A stretch of 51,296 nt of DNA, from the sequence record MN432485; one strand, given 5' to 3'. This DNA is from Shigella phage SFP17. This document shows positions 35,393 through 44,461 of the stretch, piece after piece. The notes under the pieces were generated by a model. The model saw only the letters and a program-made list of their open reading frames with translations, had not been told where the DNA came from and ran no database searches. The position numbers and the translations under genes are program-made. Numbering within the stretch: position 1 is the first letter of the stretch; every line of letters begins with the position of its first letter.

Positions 35393-36672
35393 TACTCATT
35401 CCCCTGTGTGCCTGGCTCCGGCTCAGTTGGCTCCGGCAGCTTGATTTTATTAGTGTCCTTTAGTTTAACGCTTGGGGCGATTGCTCGCAACGTGTCGCGC
35501 GCCTCTTCAACATCAAGGAACTGACCATCAATAGCCTTGCTGATTGAGTCGATATTCTTATTCAGAATTTCAGCCTGATCTTTATCGCTAGGTACGCTCA
35601 AAGGTGAGAACTCAATGCTCCACTCCTGCTCACTAATGATGAACGGTAATAGAAATTCAAGGATAGGCTTGTAATCCTCAATGCGCTTTCGTTCAATCAG
35701 TTTATAGAATGTTTCAAGCGCCGTGTTTTGGCTTGCGCTAACGCCGCCAACGTTTTTATTTTTCAGGATGATTTCATGAATACCTGAAAGGGAAACGATG
35801 CGATCCATTTTCTTTTCCAGAAAAGAATCAACGCCGCTAATATCAGAGTTAAGAACATCATATTCCTCATCCTCAGCATCAATACCAATGGCCTTGCCTA
35901 CTCCACCCTCATCGTCAACCTGCGCAAGTCTCAGGCGTGCCGCGCTAACTCCCTCCTCATCATCGCACAAGTCAGCGAGTCCTTTAGCTTTCCATACTGC
36001 CTGTTGCTTCCGCCGCAATAATTGCGTTGCCAATGTTTCACAATAGTTATAATCAACAATGGCCTCAACAAGTCTCTTGTTAAGAACTGACTCACCCCAT
36101 CCATCATTGCTGCGTCGCTTTGCGTTAGGTATCCGCTCACCGTCGATAATGCAAACACGCGTGTAGTGTACCTGGTATTCCGGCAAATCTCCGCCTGGCG
36201 TTACAGTGTAAAGCACTGGCTCACCATAGCGAACCTTGCGGGGATTAGTTTCGCGCGCTTCAACGCGAATCTGATAACGATCATAAACGCGCACATCTTC
36301 CAGAATAGCTCCAGGCTTTACAGGTGATTTGAGCGCTCGCCCATCCTGAACAAGAGCAATGATTGCAGATCCGCCAAACAAACGCGACCAGCAAAGCGCA
36401 TCAATGATTTTTGCATTCAATCGCTTCTCATCCCACAAAGAACGGAATGCCGCCTCGTCTGCCACGCCGTCAACAGTAAAGCCAGGGGAAACCATTTCCT
36501 CTGGTACTACGTCAATAATCCTTTTTGCCAGGCCATCTTTTTCGTAAAAGTCAGCAAGTGTCTTGTATGGCATTGATTGCATGTAGAATGGTTGCTCTAC
36601 TCGCGATTTGCAATTCTCGCCTTTAAAGATCTCGTTATAGCCGTCAGCCTTAACGATTCGTGATTTACTCAT
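35392..36672 (-). CDS. portal protein
   Basis: 426 aa immediately downstream of terminase large subunit; acidic C-terminus; RBS GGAGG. Confidence 0.8.
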   Translation of the reverse strand: MSKSRIVKADGYNEIFKGENCKSRVEQPFYMQSMPYKTLADFYEKDGLAKRIIDVVPEEMVSPGFTVDGVADEAAFRSLWDEKRLNAKIIDALCWSRLFGGSAIIALVQDGRALKSPVKPGAILEDVRVYDRYQIRVEARETNPRKVRYGEPVLYTVTPGGDLPEYQVHYTRVCIIDGERIPNAKRRSNDGWGESVLNKRLVEAIVDYNYCETLATQLLRRKQQAVWKAKGLADLCDDEEGVSAARLRLAQVDDEGGVGKAIGIDAEDEEYDVLNSDISGVDSFLEKKMDRIVSLSGIHEIILKNKNVGGVSASQNTALETFYKLIERKRIEDYKPILEFLLPFIISEQEWSIEFSPLSVPSDKDQAEILNKNIDSISKAIDGQFLDVEEARDTLRAIAPSVKLKDTNKIKLPEPTEPEPGTQGNE

Positions 36673-36684
36673 TATCTTTCCTCC

Positions 36685-36710
36685 AATAAAAAAGGCTGGA
36701 TTTACCAGCC
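36685..36710 (-). terminator. intrinsic terminator/attenuator between terL and portal
   Basis: GGCTGG-attta-CCAGCC followed on minus strand by TTTTTTATTGG, immediately before the portal RBS. Confidence 0.6.
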
Positions 36711-36740
36711 TTTGATTATATATTGGTTTGTCGATTCGTG

Positions 36741-38309
36741 CTATTTGTTCCGCAAACCTGCCAATTTTTTCATTCTTCCTACCGGATCATCTGCCATGTT
36801 CATTTCAATGTTAACAGCATCAATGATGTTATCAACAATATCATCATGAGGATGCGAATCATCGAATGTAAACGCCGCAACTTCAGCCAGTATCTCAGCC
36901 AGCATAGGGTGGGATTCTGGAAGTGCTACGCGTCCGGCGCGCATTACTGGCGCTGCGTCCATTGCACGAGTAACCTTGTCTTTATCGCGCTGAACGGGAT
37001 TGATCTTGATCATGATTTTTTTCGCTGCGCTCTGAATCAAGCCAGTGCCAGACGATTTATCTTCAACATGAATCCTTCTCAACGTTCCGCATTCTTTATT
37101 GCGCTTCCAGCACTGATTAACGAACGCAACAAAATTAGTCTCAAGGTCTGGCGCTTCCCATTTTCCGCGAACACCATCAATGAAGTAAACGCGATCTTTA
37201 TACATCCCCCAATAACAGATCACGGAGTAGTCGTTAAGCTCCCCTGTTTTCTGCGCGGTATCAACCGTGATAAATGTATATTCAAAGCGATCCGGTTTTG
37301 GTAGCGTGCATTTCTCGCTGCTTCCGTAATACCGAAACCACTCTGTTTTAAACACGTTGCCGCCAAGCGCAACAGGCTGTTGCTGATACTGACTAGCAAA
37401 CGTGTACGGATCAGCATTTCGAAGTGCAAGTAATTCCTCCGCGCTTTCCTTAGCAGGCCAGAATGAATAATGAGCAACACCATCAATCATTACTGGCTTA
37501 CTGGACAAAACATCGCGATCAAACTCAGGCTTTAACCAATCAGGAAGCGTTTCGCGATATTCCTTAGTAACGAGCGCCGGAATACTGACCACCTTAAACT
37601 GGATGCCGCCCATGCCGCCGTTTGTCATGAACCATGTTGAATCATTGACGTGTAGCCGTTGCTGGACCATTACGATTGGCGTGGTGTCCTTCATTCGACG
37701 TGATCGCACCGTGTTCTTTAGGCGCATGTGTCCGGCTTCGCGCTTCACCTTAGAAAGCATATCATCCGGCTTGTCTGGATCGTCAAGAACCAGCATACCA
37801 GTAAATCCATCATCCATGTAGCCGCCACGCAGACCAGTAACCTGACCACCGATAGAACGCGAGTTAACTTGCAATTTAACCTTGCCGCCATCGGTTACAA
37901 TCAAATCCTTTGCGCTCGCCTTTGCCAGCTTTCCAGGCCATAGCTCCTGCCATTCTGGAGAACCAATAATCTCTTTGATGCGGTTGCTATTCTGCTGGAC
38001 AAGGCCATCACTAAACGAAAGATTAAGATTTCGCACCTTCTTACTTTTCAATGACGCATAAGGTGACATGTGGATCGAGAATATCTCTGTTTTACCACTG
38101 CCTGGCGTTATGTTGAAAATTACATTCTGTGACTCGCCTTTGATGATTTTTTCAACTTCGCTACATAGGTAACTGAAATGCCAGTTTCCTAAGAATTTCT
38201 GACCTTGCAATAACTGAAACCAAATGCGGATCATCTTTTCGAATGAATATTCGCTCATTTCCTTAACGGCGCGTTTTTGCGCCGCTGTTAAGTCTTCCCA
38301 AATCAGCAT
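36741..38309 (-). CDS. terL: terminase large subunit
   Basis: Walker A-like TPGSGKTE, Walker B-like LVLDDPD, C-terminal acidic nuclease-like region; followed by portal. Confidence 0.85.
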   Translation of the reverse strand: MLIWEDLTAAQKRAVKEMSEYSFEKMIRIWFQLLQGQKFLGNWHFSYLCSEVEKIIKGESQNVIFNITPGSGKTEIFSIHMSPYASLKSKKVRNLNLSFSDGLVQQNSNRIKEIIGSPEWQELWPGKLAKASAKDLIVTDGGKVKLQVNSRSIGGQVTGLRGGYMDDGFTGMLVLDDPDKPDDMLSKVKREAGHMRLKNTVRSRRMKDTTPIVMVQQRLHVNDSTWFMTNGGMGGIQFKVVSIPALVTKEYRETLPDWLKPEFDRDVLSSKPVMIDGVAHYSFWPAKESAEELLALRNADPYTFASQYQQQPVALGGNVFKTEWFRYYGSSEKCTLPKPDRFEYTFITVDTAQKTGELNDYSVICYWGMYKDRVYFIDGVRGKWEAPDLETNFVAFVNQCWKRNKECGTLRRIHVEDKSSGTGLIQSAAKKIMIKINPVQRDKDKVTRAMDAAPVMRAGRVALPESHPMLAEILAEVAAFTFDDSHPHDDIVDNIIDAVNIEMNMADDPVGRMKKLAGLRNK

Positions 38310-38830
38310 TATATCTTCTCCAGAATGTCAATTACCGCCTCTTTGACTTCCTCCGCCGTTACAGCGTCAACGCTGGCGCTTGTGTTATTCTCAATGGTAA
38401 CGGTGGCTGGCTTTTCAATGCCGATCTCTTTACCAATGAATCCGGCGTTAACAATATTGTTTGCAGCAAGCTGGAATTTTTGCTCGTAAACAACGCCGTC
38501 GATAAAGTCCATAACCTCGCTGAATCCTGGCTCACGTCGCCATTTTTCAAGTACGGAAGCAGAAAGGCCAGCGAATAATCGGAATCCGTTTAAGGTGAAC
38601 ACTCGCGGCTTGTGAATCTTGCTTTCGTATACGTCACCCTGAAAGGATGCCGTTTCCGCAGCCTGTATATGGTTTTCCTCGGCCCACGTAAAGTAACGTA
38701 CAGCCAGATCAAACACCTGTTCCGGCGTGTACTTGTGCGCCTTTGTCATTTTTGCAATATCGCCATATTGCTTATTATATAGTTTTTTAAAATTGCAAGC
38801 CTTTACTGCTGGCTCAACGTTTTTAGCCAT
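38309..38830 (-). CDS. putative terminase small subunit
   Basis: ATG at 38830 with RBS AAGGAGGG; 173 aa directly upstream of and overlapping terL start; call is positional. Confidence 0.55.
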   Translation of the reverse strand: MAKNVEPAVKACNFKKLYNKQYGDIAKMTKAHKYTPEQVFDLAVRYFTWAEENHIQAAETASFQGDVYESKIHKPRVFTLNGFRLFAGLSASVLEKWRREPGFSEVMDFIDGVVYEQKFQLAANNIVNAGFIGKEIGIEKPATVTIENNTSASVDAVTAEEVKEAVIDILEKI

Positions 38831-38881
38831 AATGCGCCCTCCTTTATAACAAAGCCTCATTATAGACAAATTGCAGACAAT

Positions 38882-38903
38882 AAAAAACCCGCCATTTGGC
38901 GGG
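38882..38903 (-). terminator. intrinsic terminator upstream of terminase genes
   Basis: CCCGCC-attt-GGCGGG followed on minus strand by TTTTTT; a TATAAT hexamer follows before the terS RBS. Confidence 0.65.
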
Positions 38904-38910
38904 TAGTTGG

Positions 38911-39150
38911 TCAATACTTGTATTTTACTTTCTCTGGATTTGTTTTCATAGTGCTGTGAATCCTGCCACCGATTGATAAATAGTGACCGCGAACCTGCCA
39001 AACTTTCTGCTCTTCATCCCAAAACGCTAAAGCAAATTCACCCTTTTTTGACTTATAGCGAACGCCAACAGCCACCACGAAAGATACAGCAACAAAGCCG
39101 ATTAGAACACCAATGATTAAAGAAACCAAACCAATAATTACAGAACTCAT
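38911..39150 (-). CDS. small membrane protein (79 aa)
   Basis: N-terminal ~30 aa hydrophobic helix; RBS AAGGAAAA; terminator downstream. Confidence 0.5.
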   Translation of the reverse strand: MSSVIIGLVSLIIGVLIGFVAVSFVVAVGVRYKSKKGEFALAFWDEEQKVWQVRGHYLSIGGRIHSTMKTNPEKVKYKY

Positions 39151-39335
39151 GATATTTTCCTTACAAGATCTATTGAAAACTGGTGAGTGTCTTGATTAGC
39201 GCCGGACAACTCTTTTGCTCTTGCTGCTGCCTCAAGCTCTCCGCGCGCTTCAACCTCACATTCAAAAATTTGTTTGCATGAAGAGCAATTACGCCCCATT
39301 CGTCTGATTGTCAGCTTTACTTTGTACTTCATCAT
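39147..39335 (-). CDS. hypothetical protein (62 aa)
   Basis: ATGATG start overlapping end of upstream gene; weak RBS. Confidence 0.4.
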   Translation of the reverse strand: MMKYKVKLTIRRMGRNCSSCKQIFECEVEARGELEAAARAKELSGANQDTHQFSIDLVRKIS

Positions 39336-39522
39336 TAACAATCTCGCGCTTGATGCAATTGATATTGTGAATAGGATAAATGTAATCACCTATTCGAATA
39401 AATTTACCATCATCATCAATTTCATCCTCATTCACGGTAACAGAAAAGCTATTGCAAGCGTAACCATTTAATGGATTCATCACCATACTGTTAAACATGA
39501 AAGTTAATTTGTACTTTTCCAT
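39289..39522 (-). CDS. hypothetical protein (77 aa)
   Basis: ATG at 39522 with RBS AGGTGA immediately after terminator hairpin; track ORF extended through the hairpin. Confidence 0.5.
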   Translation of the reverse strand: MEKYKLTFMFNSMVMNPLNGYACNSFSVTVNEDEIDDDGKFIRIGDYIYPIHNINCIKREIVNDEVQSKADNQTNGA

Positions 39523-39534
39523 ATATTCACCTAT

Positions 39535-39576
39535 AAAAAAGGCGATACGTCTTACGGTAAAAACCTGCATATCGCC
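39535..39576 (-). terminator. hairpin + T-run (terminator-like)
   Basis: GGCGATA...TATCGCC stem with long loop, followed on minus strand by TTTTTTAT. Confidence 0.4.
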
Positions 39577-39668
39577 GTTGTTGCGTGGCAACCGCGCCAC
39601 CCGTTCGGCACTAACGCCGCTCTTATGTAAACGCCGAAGATGTTAACCAATCAGGAAATCTTTGTCAA

Positions 39669-39899
39669 TCATTCGCGGTCAAATGCGTTTCCCCATCGCC
39701 CACGAAGATAACCACACAACCAGATGAATTGGGTAATTGCAAGCATTGGCGCAACTGGCTGATAATGTTCGGCAATAATTCCCTTCATAACTTCATCAAC
39801 ATACTTTCCGCGCTTTTCAACATCCGCTTTCATTGCCTCGCCGTACTTCTTAGCCTGGCGTTTTGCAGCGTTGAATTGTGCCTCGTTCATTCCAAACAT
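39669..39899 (-). CDS. hypothetical protein (76 aa)
   Basis: ATG overlapping stop of upstream micro-ORF. Confidence 0.5.
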   Translation of the reverse strand: MFGMNEAQFNAAKRQAKKYGEAMKADVEKRGKYVDEVMKGIIAEHYQPVAPMLAITQFIWLCGYLRGRWGNAFDRE

Positions 39900-40027
39900 T
39901 ACAGACCTCTACCCTTCCACAAGTTGTACATTTCGAAATAGTGCATTGCAGTTTCAGTGTCGCCGCGTTCTAATGCTTCCTCTTGCTTCTGTGCGCACCA
40001 CTGCGACGGTTTTATGTAGTTATCCAT
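39899..40027 (-). CDS. hypothetical small protein (42 aa, below ORF-track cutoff)
   Basis: ATG with RBS AGGTGA; stop overlaps next ATG (TAATG). Confidence 0.35.
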   Translation of the reverse strand: MDNYIKPSQWCAQKQEEALERGDTETAMHYFEMYNLWKGRGL

Positions 40028-40042
40028 TGAATCACCTTACCT

Positions 40043-40087
40043 AAAAAATGCCTCGTCAAAATGCGTCCTGTTCGCTGTATGAGGCAT
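40043..40087 (-). terminator. hairpin + T-run (terminator-like)
   Basis: ATGCCTC...GAGGCAT stem with long loop, followed on minus strand by TTTTTT. Confidence 0.4.
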
Positions 40088-40097
40088 TCAATTTTAA

Positions 40098-40412
40098 TTA
40101 AAAATCGTCGAGCAACTCACGAAAGTTGTTAAGCGTTGCAACTTTAGCGCAATCCCACTCCGTCGATCCGGCTTCTTCCCACGGAGAACCAGGCCCGTGA
40201 TTTGTCATGTCGTCGATTAGTGATGAAATTTCATCAACAACAATCTCTTTCAAATGCTCTCGGTGCTCTATGTCTTCCACTGGCTCAAAAGCCTGAATTA
40301 CGCCACCCAAAACGCGTTGCTGTGCTTTCGCATCGTCGAGCGTATCACAAATTGCTCTGCGCTCCTGCTTGTTTTCGTTTGTCCCGATCTGGTAGTAGTG
40401 AATGTAAATCAT
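40098..40412 (-). CDS. hypothetical acidic protein (104 aa)
   Basis: RBS GGAGGA; ATGA overlap with upstream gene. Confidence 0.6.
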   Translation of the reverse strand: MIYIHYYQIGTNENKQERRAICDTLDDAKAQQRVLGGVIQAFEPVEDIEHREHLKEIVVDEISSLIDDMTNHGPGSPWEEAGSTEWDCAKVATLNNFRELLDDF

Positions 40413-40642
40413 AATCCAGCATCCTCCGCCGTCTCGTTTTTGCGCTTCCAGTATTCAATAGCCTTCTGAATGTATCCTGCCTCGTTACGCCATGCGGCAG
40501 TTTCTGCCGCTCGCGTTGGTGCTGGTGTAAGTTGACGGCAAATCTGATCCGCAACTTCACCCATAGCGCCTTCCATACCAAATCCAGAAATGTAGCTCAT
40601 CACTTGATATGCTTGCTTCTCTGAAAGGTTAATCGTGATCAT
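40409..40642 (-). CDS. hypothetical protein (77 aa)
   Basis: RBS GGAG; translationally coupled. Confidence 0.6.
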   Translation of the reverse strand: MITINLSEKQAYQVMSYISGFGMEGAMGEVADQICRQLTPAPTRAAETAAWRNEAGYIQKAIEYWKRKNETAEDAGL

Positions 40643-40896
40643 TCGATAATCTCCGCTTCATTCTCTGTAAGACTAAACCAATCTGTTTCTTTTACTTCGC
40701 CAAATTCGCCGTTGTGATTAATGCCAGCCATCGCCCACATCTCACCATCTTTGTAAAGCTCGACAACCATTTCCTTTCCGTTTTCGAATCCGGCCCACTC
40801 GCGCAATGTTGGAGATTCTGGATCTGGTCTGTAGTCAACATTGATTAACTTAACTCTAACATGACCGATAAAATTTTTATCTTTTAAGGTTGACAT
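40639..40896 (-). CDS. hypothetical protein (85 aa)
   Basis: RBS GAGGAAAG; motif promoter 40929-40973 upstream. Confidence 0.6.
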   Translation of the reverse strand: MSTLKDKNFIGHVRVKLINVDYRPDPESPTLREWAGFENGKEMVVELYKDGEMWAMAGINHNGEFGEVKETDWFSLTENEAEIIE

Positions 40897-40928
40897 TGCT
40901 CTTTCCTCTGTTTCGCTTCAATGAGGAC

Positions 40929-40973
40929 ACTTTAACAAATGCCCTCGCGGAAGTTTTAACAAAAAGTGCTATT
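40929..40973 (-). promoter_or_regulatory. conserved-motif promoter
   Basis: AATAGCACTTTTTGTTAAAAC + 22 nt + TAAAGT; upstream of 40639-40896. Confidence 0.5.
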
Positions 40974-41259
40974 AGCTCATGTAATAGATTTCATCGCGAA
41001 CAAAATCGTCAAAATCAGATTGCGTTAACGGTCGATCCTCTAATGCTGCCTGTTCAATCATTTCAACCAGGGCGCAATCCATATCAAGGTAATGCGCATC
41101 AAGATCATACCATGAAGCCATTTCACGCGCCCAGGATCGGCAATTCTTGAATCCGTAACGGCGGATACAGTTTGCTGTGTGAAATGAGTCATTCCAACCA
41201 CGCTCAAGCGCTGACTTTTCGAATGCGTTAATCAACATTTTACGATAGCTTTTAGCCAT
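40972..41259 (-). CDS. hypothetical protein (95 aa)
   Basis: Strong RBS AAGGAGGAAG. Confidence 0.6.
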   Translation of the reverse strand: MAKSYRKMLINAFEKSALERGWNDSFHTANCIRRYGFKNCRSWAREMASWYDLDAHYLDMDCALVEMIEQAALEDRPLTQSDFDDFVRDEIYYMS

Positions 41260-41302
41260 TTGCTTCCTCCTTTTAGCGCCACCGAAGCGGCGCGGTTAAA
41301 CA

Positions 41303-41479
41303 TTATTTCTTCCCGGTCAGAATGTAACGCTTGCCATTTTTAAATCCATCGCCGTAGCCGTAATATGCGCCAGCCAGGAAAATAATCATTCCGCCGATTG
41401 ACTCAACAATGCCGCTATACCCATAAGCCAAGTGGGAACCAGCGATAAGTGCAATAAAGGTGATAATTACTCTTTTCAT
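41303..41479 (-). CDS. small membrane protein (58 aa)
   Basis: ATG overlapping upstream stop (ATGA); hydrophobic Gly-rich helix IITFIALIAGS...GGMIIFLAGAYYGYG. Confidence 0.45.
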   Translation of the reverse strand: MKRVIITFIALIAGSHLAYGYSGIVESIGGMIIFLAGAYYGYGDGFKNGKRYILTGKK

Positions 41480-41739
41480 TCGTGATCCCATACGTCGCAC
41501 TTTTTGACAACCAACAAACGCAGTTTGTAAGGTCGGAACTTGTGCAACTTTTTAGCGTACTCACGCGCTTCACTGTAGCTATTGAACTCCATAGCCCAAA
41601 AGCCGAAAGCATCATCCGTCAGATATTCCCAATCACCACTAATAACTCGGCGGCGTTGCAGGTAATAAATCTTGCATTCTGTGCAAGCAACGATCCGGTA
41701 TTCAGGTTTAAAGATTCGTTTTAGTGCGTTAAAAACCAT
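41476..41739 (-). CDS. hypothetical protein (87 aa)
   Basis: RBS GAGGG. Confidence 0.55.
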   Translation of the reverse strand: MVFNALKRIFKPEYRIVACTECKIYYLQRRRVISGDWEYLTDDAFGFWAMEFNSYSEAREYAKKLHKFRPYKLRLLVVKKCDVWDHE

Positions 41740-41838
41740 AGTGCGGCCCTCACTGAATAAATAAATAAGAGAATCAAGAATAACACAATCATGATTTCAT
41801 GAAAATCAAACGGTGGCTTAGGATTGGTTGCGTTGTTG

Positions 41839-42243
41839 TTATTTCCCAGCATTTCGCGCAATCCCCTTGTACATGACGTAAAAATCATTACCAGGCTTTT
41901 TGAACTTGATCGCATTGCGCGCAAGTCGGCGCATACGTCGCGCATCGTATCGCGCTCGCTGAAATGGTGTTTTCATTGTCTTAACATGGCAGCCGCGATG
42001 ATCGCTGATTCGCTTAAGCTCAATCAAAACTCCTTGAGTTGCCACTACGCAATAATGATCAAAGCCAAGTCGTCGAGTAATGATATATCCATTCTTGATG
42101 CGTGGTCGGTTAAACTCTTTGAGCGATCCGATATAGCGATCTGAAGCCGTTACAATCTCACCTTTACGAATGCCGCATCGCTCATCATATACCCAGGTTA
42201 CAACAAATTTTGTGCCTACGCGGATTTTGTGAAGATCTAACAT
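41839..42243 (-). CDS. hypothetical basic protein (134 aa)
   Basis: ATG at 42243 with RBS GAGAGGA, downstream of the -10 of motif promoter 42274-42319; track start 42288 would lie upstream of that -10. Confidence 0.55.
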   Translation of the reverse strand: MLDLHKIRVGTKFVVTWVYDERCGIRKGEIVTASDRYIGSLKEFNRPRIKNGYIITRRLGFDHYCVVATQGVLIELKRISDHRGCHVKTMKTPFQRARYDARRMRRLARNAIKFKKPGNDFYVMYKGIARNAGK

Positions 42244-42273
42244 GTTCAAGTCCTCTCGTTGATTGGTGTTTAC

Positions 42274-42319
42274 ATTATAGCGAGGCATTGCGCCCCGCTT
42301 TTAGCAATTCGTGCTATTT
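42274..42319 (-). promoter_or_regulatory. conserved-motif promoter (GAATTG variant)
   Basis: AAATAGCACGAATTGCTAAAAG + 22 nt + TATAAT; upstream of 41839-42243. Confidence 0.5.
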
Positions 42320-42904
42320 GATCTTAATGTGTTTCCACTGGACCGTTTTGATGATCTCGTCAACAGTCTTTTCTGGATCGCCATCAATCATTGTGAAGTC
42401 GTAATGTTTTACGCGGTGATGGTATCCGCTCAGGTCAATATAGTTTCGTGAATCGCCATCAAACGTGAAGCCTTCGCGATGCAGTCGGCAAATGTGCACT
42501 TCATGTCCTGCCTTAACTAGCGGCTTGATTTCTTCAGGGAATCCGCCATCACTAATTACAACAGCTAAATCTCTGTACATCTCGTGTACTTGCTCAACCA
42601 TGCGATTTCCGAAATATTGCTCGCCAAAAGCTGGCTTCATAACTTCTTCGCTAATCCAGATCATGAACTGGCGAGGAGACTTTCCTTGCAAGATTGCTTG
42701 AGGCTTTTCTTTCTGCTCGCGGTCGTTATACAGATCAATGAACTCGTCATATCGGTAAACGCCAAGCATGGAGAATGCAATATCAAACATAGGCTGTTTA
42801 AACGACGCTTTAACCGCTGCGTAACGATGGCCCGTTAAGTATGCCGCAAGCGTATCCTTGCCAACTCCTGGCGGTCCGTTAAGGATGATAATGTCTCGTT
42901 TCAT
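42314..42904 (-). CDS. P-loop kinase (polynucleotide kinase-like or dNMP kinase-like)
   Basis: N-terminal Walker A ILNGPPGVGKDT right after Met; ATG at 42904 with RBS GGAGA. Confidence 0.7.
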   Translation of the reverse strand: MKRDIIILNGPPGVGKDTLAAYLTGHRYAAVKASFKQPMFDIAFSMLGVYRYDEFIDLYNDREQKEKPQAILQGKSPRQFMIWISEEVMKPAFGEQYFGNRMVEQVHEMYRDLAVVISDGGFPEEIKPLVKAGHEVHICRLHREGFTFDGDSRNYIDLSGYHHRVKHYDFTMIDGDPEKTVDEIIKTVQWKHIKIK

Positions 42905-42905
42905 A

Positions 42906-43043
42906 TTAGTTGTCTCCATATCTGCTTGAATGTTTACCTGGGCGCTTGCGCTTATTGCGATAGCGTTGATTCATCTCTTGGTGCTCGTGGTAGCTGTATC
43001 GCTTCTTTTTGGATACGATTTTTTCGAAGTTTCGCATCTTCAT
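42906..43043 (-). CDS. hypothetical small highly basic protein (45 aa, below ORF-track cutoff)
   Basis: ORF rich in K/R immediately upstream of kinase gene; weak RBS; speculative. Confidence 0.3.
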   Translation of the reverse strand: MKMRNFEKIVSKKKRYSYHEHQEMNQRYRNKRKRPGKHSSRYGDN

Positions 43044-43098
43044 GATCTCATGTTGTTATCTCAACATAGCGCACTGCATGAATGCGCTATAGCAAGAA

Positions 43099-43284
43099 TC
43101 ACCACTTAAAGCCGCTTTCATCCCGTACAATCTGGTAAAGCGCCACCCAAAACCACACAAACCAGAACATCAGAACAAGAGGCTGATCTTTATCCGTGCA
43201 ATCACACTCTTTAACCAATGCGCGGAAGATGAATAGTCCTGAAATATAAAAGAAAATCACCAAAAATACAAGTGCATATATCAT
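43099..43284 (-). CDS. small membrane protein (61 aa)
   Basis: RBS GGAGAA; two hydrophobic segments. Confidence 0.5.
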   Translation of the reverse strand: MIYALVFLVIFFYISGLFIFRALVKECDCTDKDQPLVLMFWFVWFWVALYQIVRDESGFKW

Positions 43285-43300
43285 TTGTTCTTCTCCTCTA

Positions 43301-43600
43301 TCACTTGCGCGCCATTTTGCGAAGCTGGCGACTTGTTAGTTTGCGCGGATCGACTACGTGACTGGCAACAATTCGGCCTCCTGCAACCAATACTTTATTC
43401 CAATGGTTATGGTTGCTTTGTTCTGTTGCATACCATCTGAACATGAAGAACGCAGGAGAGATTCTGCCACACAGAGAAGGTTTGCACTTCCCGCGAGCGT
43501 CGCGATACATCGCAATTGATGTGTGGCCTTGATGGTTTACGTGGTAAAGTTGAACTCCCATCTCGTTGGTGAATTTATAAATCGCATCACGAACTAACAT
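43301..43600 (-). CDS. hypothetical protein (99 aa)
   Basis: RBS AAGGA; motif promoter 43632-43677 upstream. Confidence 0.55.
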   Translation of the reverse strand: MLVRDAIYKFTNEMGVQLYHVNHQGHTSIAMYRDARGKCKPSLCGRISPAFFMFRWYATEQSNHNHWNKVLVAGGRIVASHVVDPRKLTSRQLRKMARK

Positions 43601-43631
43601 GATGTTTTCCTTTTTCGTTGTCGATGGGCTT

Positions 43632-43677
43632 ACTATACCGCAAGCCCAACAATCTGTTTTTGCAAAAAGTGCTATTT
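43632..43677 (-). promoter_or_regulatory. conserved-motif promoter
   Basis: AAATAGCACTTTTTGCAAAAAC + 22 nt + TATAGT; upstream of 43301-43600. Confidence 0.5.
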
Positions 43678-43833
43678 ACGGACACATAACGCCGTTACAT
43701 CTTTTCCACTATCTGACATGTGGAGAACAACTTGCTTTCGTGCTTCCTGACATCTTGATTCGCCGTGGAACTCATGCGATTCAATAGCGGCGGAGTTGTA
43801 ACTTGTGACAAAGATTAAAAGTAACCAGGTCAT
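43672..43833 (-). CDS. hypothetical small protein with N-terminal hydrophobic segment (53 aa)
   Basis: ATG at 43833 with strong RBS GGAGGG, ATGA overlap with phosphatase stop. Confidence 0.4.
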   Translation of the reverse strand: MTWLLLIFVTSYNSAAIESHEFHGESRCQEARKQVVLHMSDSGKDVTALCVRK

Positions 43834-44450
43834 TTCAAACCCTCCACGCCGCAACGCAAACATTTACCATCAACCACACTAAAACAGTGCTCGCCTTCGC
43901 ATTCGATTTTTGGCTTCAATTCATCCACGCCGTGCGATTGGATGTGATTATGTGGCTTGTCGTATTCCGTGACCTGATAGGTTGTGATTCCCAGGCTGCG
44001 GAAGTGCTTAACCACGTTCGGCGAATCATCAAAAGCACACACGATGTTTTCCAGTCCGATAGCTCGCAAGACTTCCTCTTTGATGATCGTGTCTTTTCGG
44101 TTATCTTCCTTGCGGCGCATGATTAACGCGTCGTACTTGATGCCGTTATAATTTAACCAGTCGCAGGTGTCAGCCATCACCTCATCGCTGCGTCCGGTCA
44201 GGATAACAATGGCAAATCCTGACATCCACAATCCGTTAACCACTGCAACCGTGCTCTTAATCGGCGAATCGCCAACAGCCGCTTTGTTGAACTCAGACCA
44301 GCTTTCTGTAAGGTGTAAATCTTCTGTCGGCAGCAGGTGCAAACGATGAGTCCCATCGGATAACGTGCCGTCAAGGTCAACGACAACAATCGGCTTGCTC
44401 GTGGAAAAATGGTATTTGCTTCCCCAAAGTTCAAATTCGTATTTTTTCAT
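43830..44450 (-). CDS. HAD-family phosphatase with C-terminal zinc ribbon (polynucleotide 3-phosphatase-like)
   Basis: HAD motif I VVVDLDGTLSD near N-terminus; C-terminal CEGEHC...CLRCG; ATG at 44450. Confidence 0.7.
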   Translation of the reverse strand: MKKYEFELWGSKYHFSTSKPIVVVDLDGTLSDGTHRLHLLPTEDLHLTESWSEFNKAAVGDSPIKSTVAVVNGLWMSGFAIVILTGRSDEVMADTCDWLNYNGIKYDALIMRRKEDNRKDTIIKEEVLRAIGLENIVCAFDDSPNVVKHFRSLGITTYQVTEYDKPHNHIQSHGVDELKPKIECEGEHCFSVVDGKCLRCGVEGLK

Positions 44451-44461
44451 TATCAAACCTA

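Noticed and set aside
36731-36746. Partial copy of the conserved motif at the 3-prime end of terL
   Set aside because: Lacks the 21-22 nt spacer and follows different geometry (motif then TATATAAT after ~10 nt, directly before a terminator); probably a degenerate copy within coding sequence.
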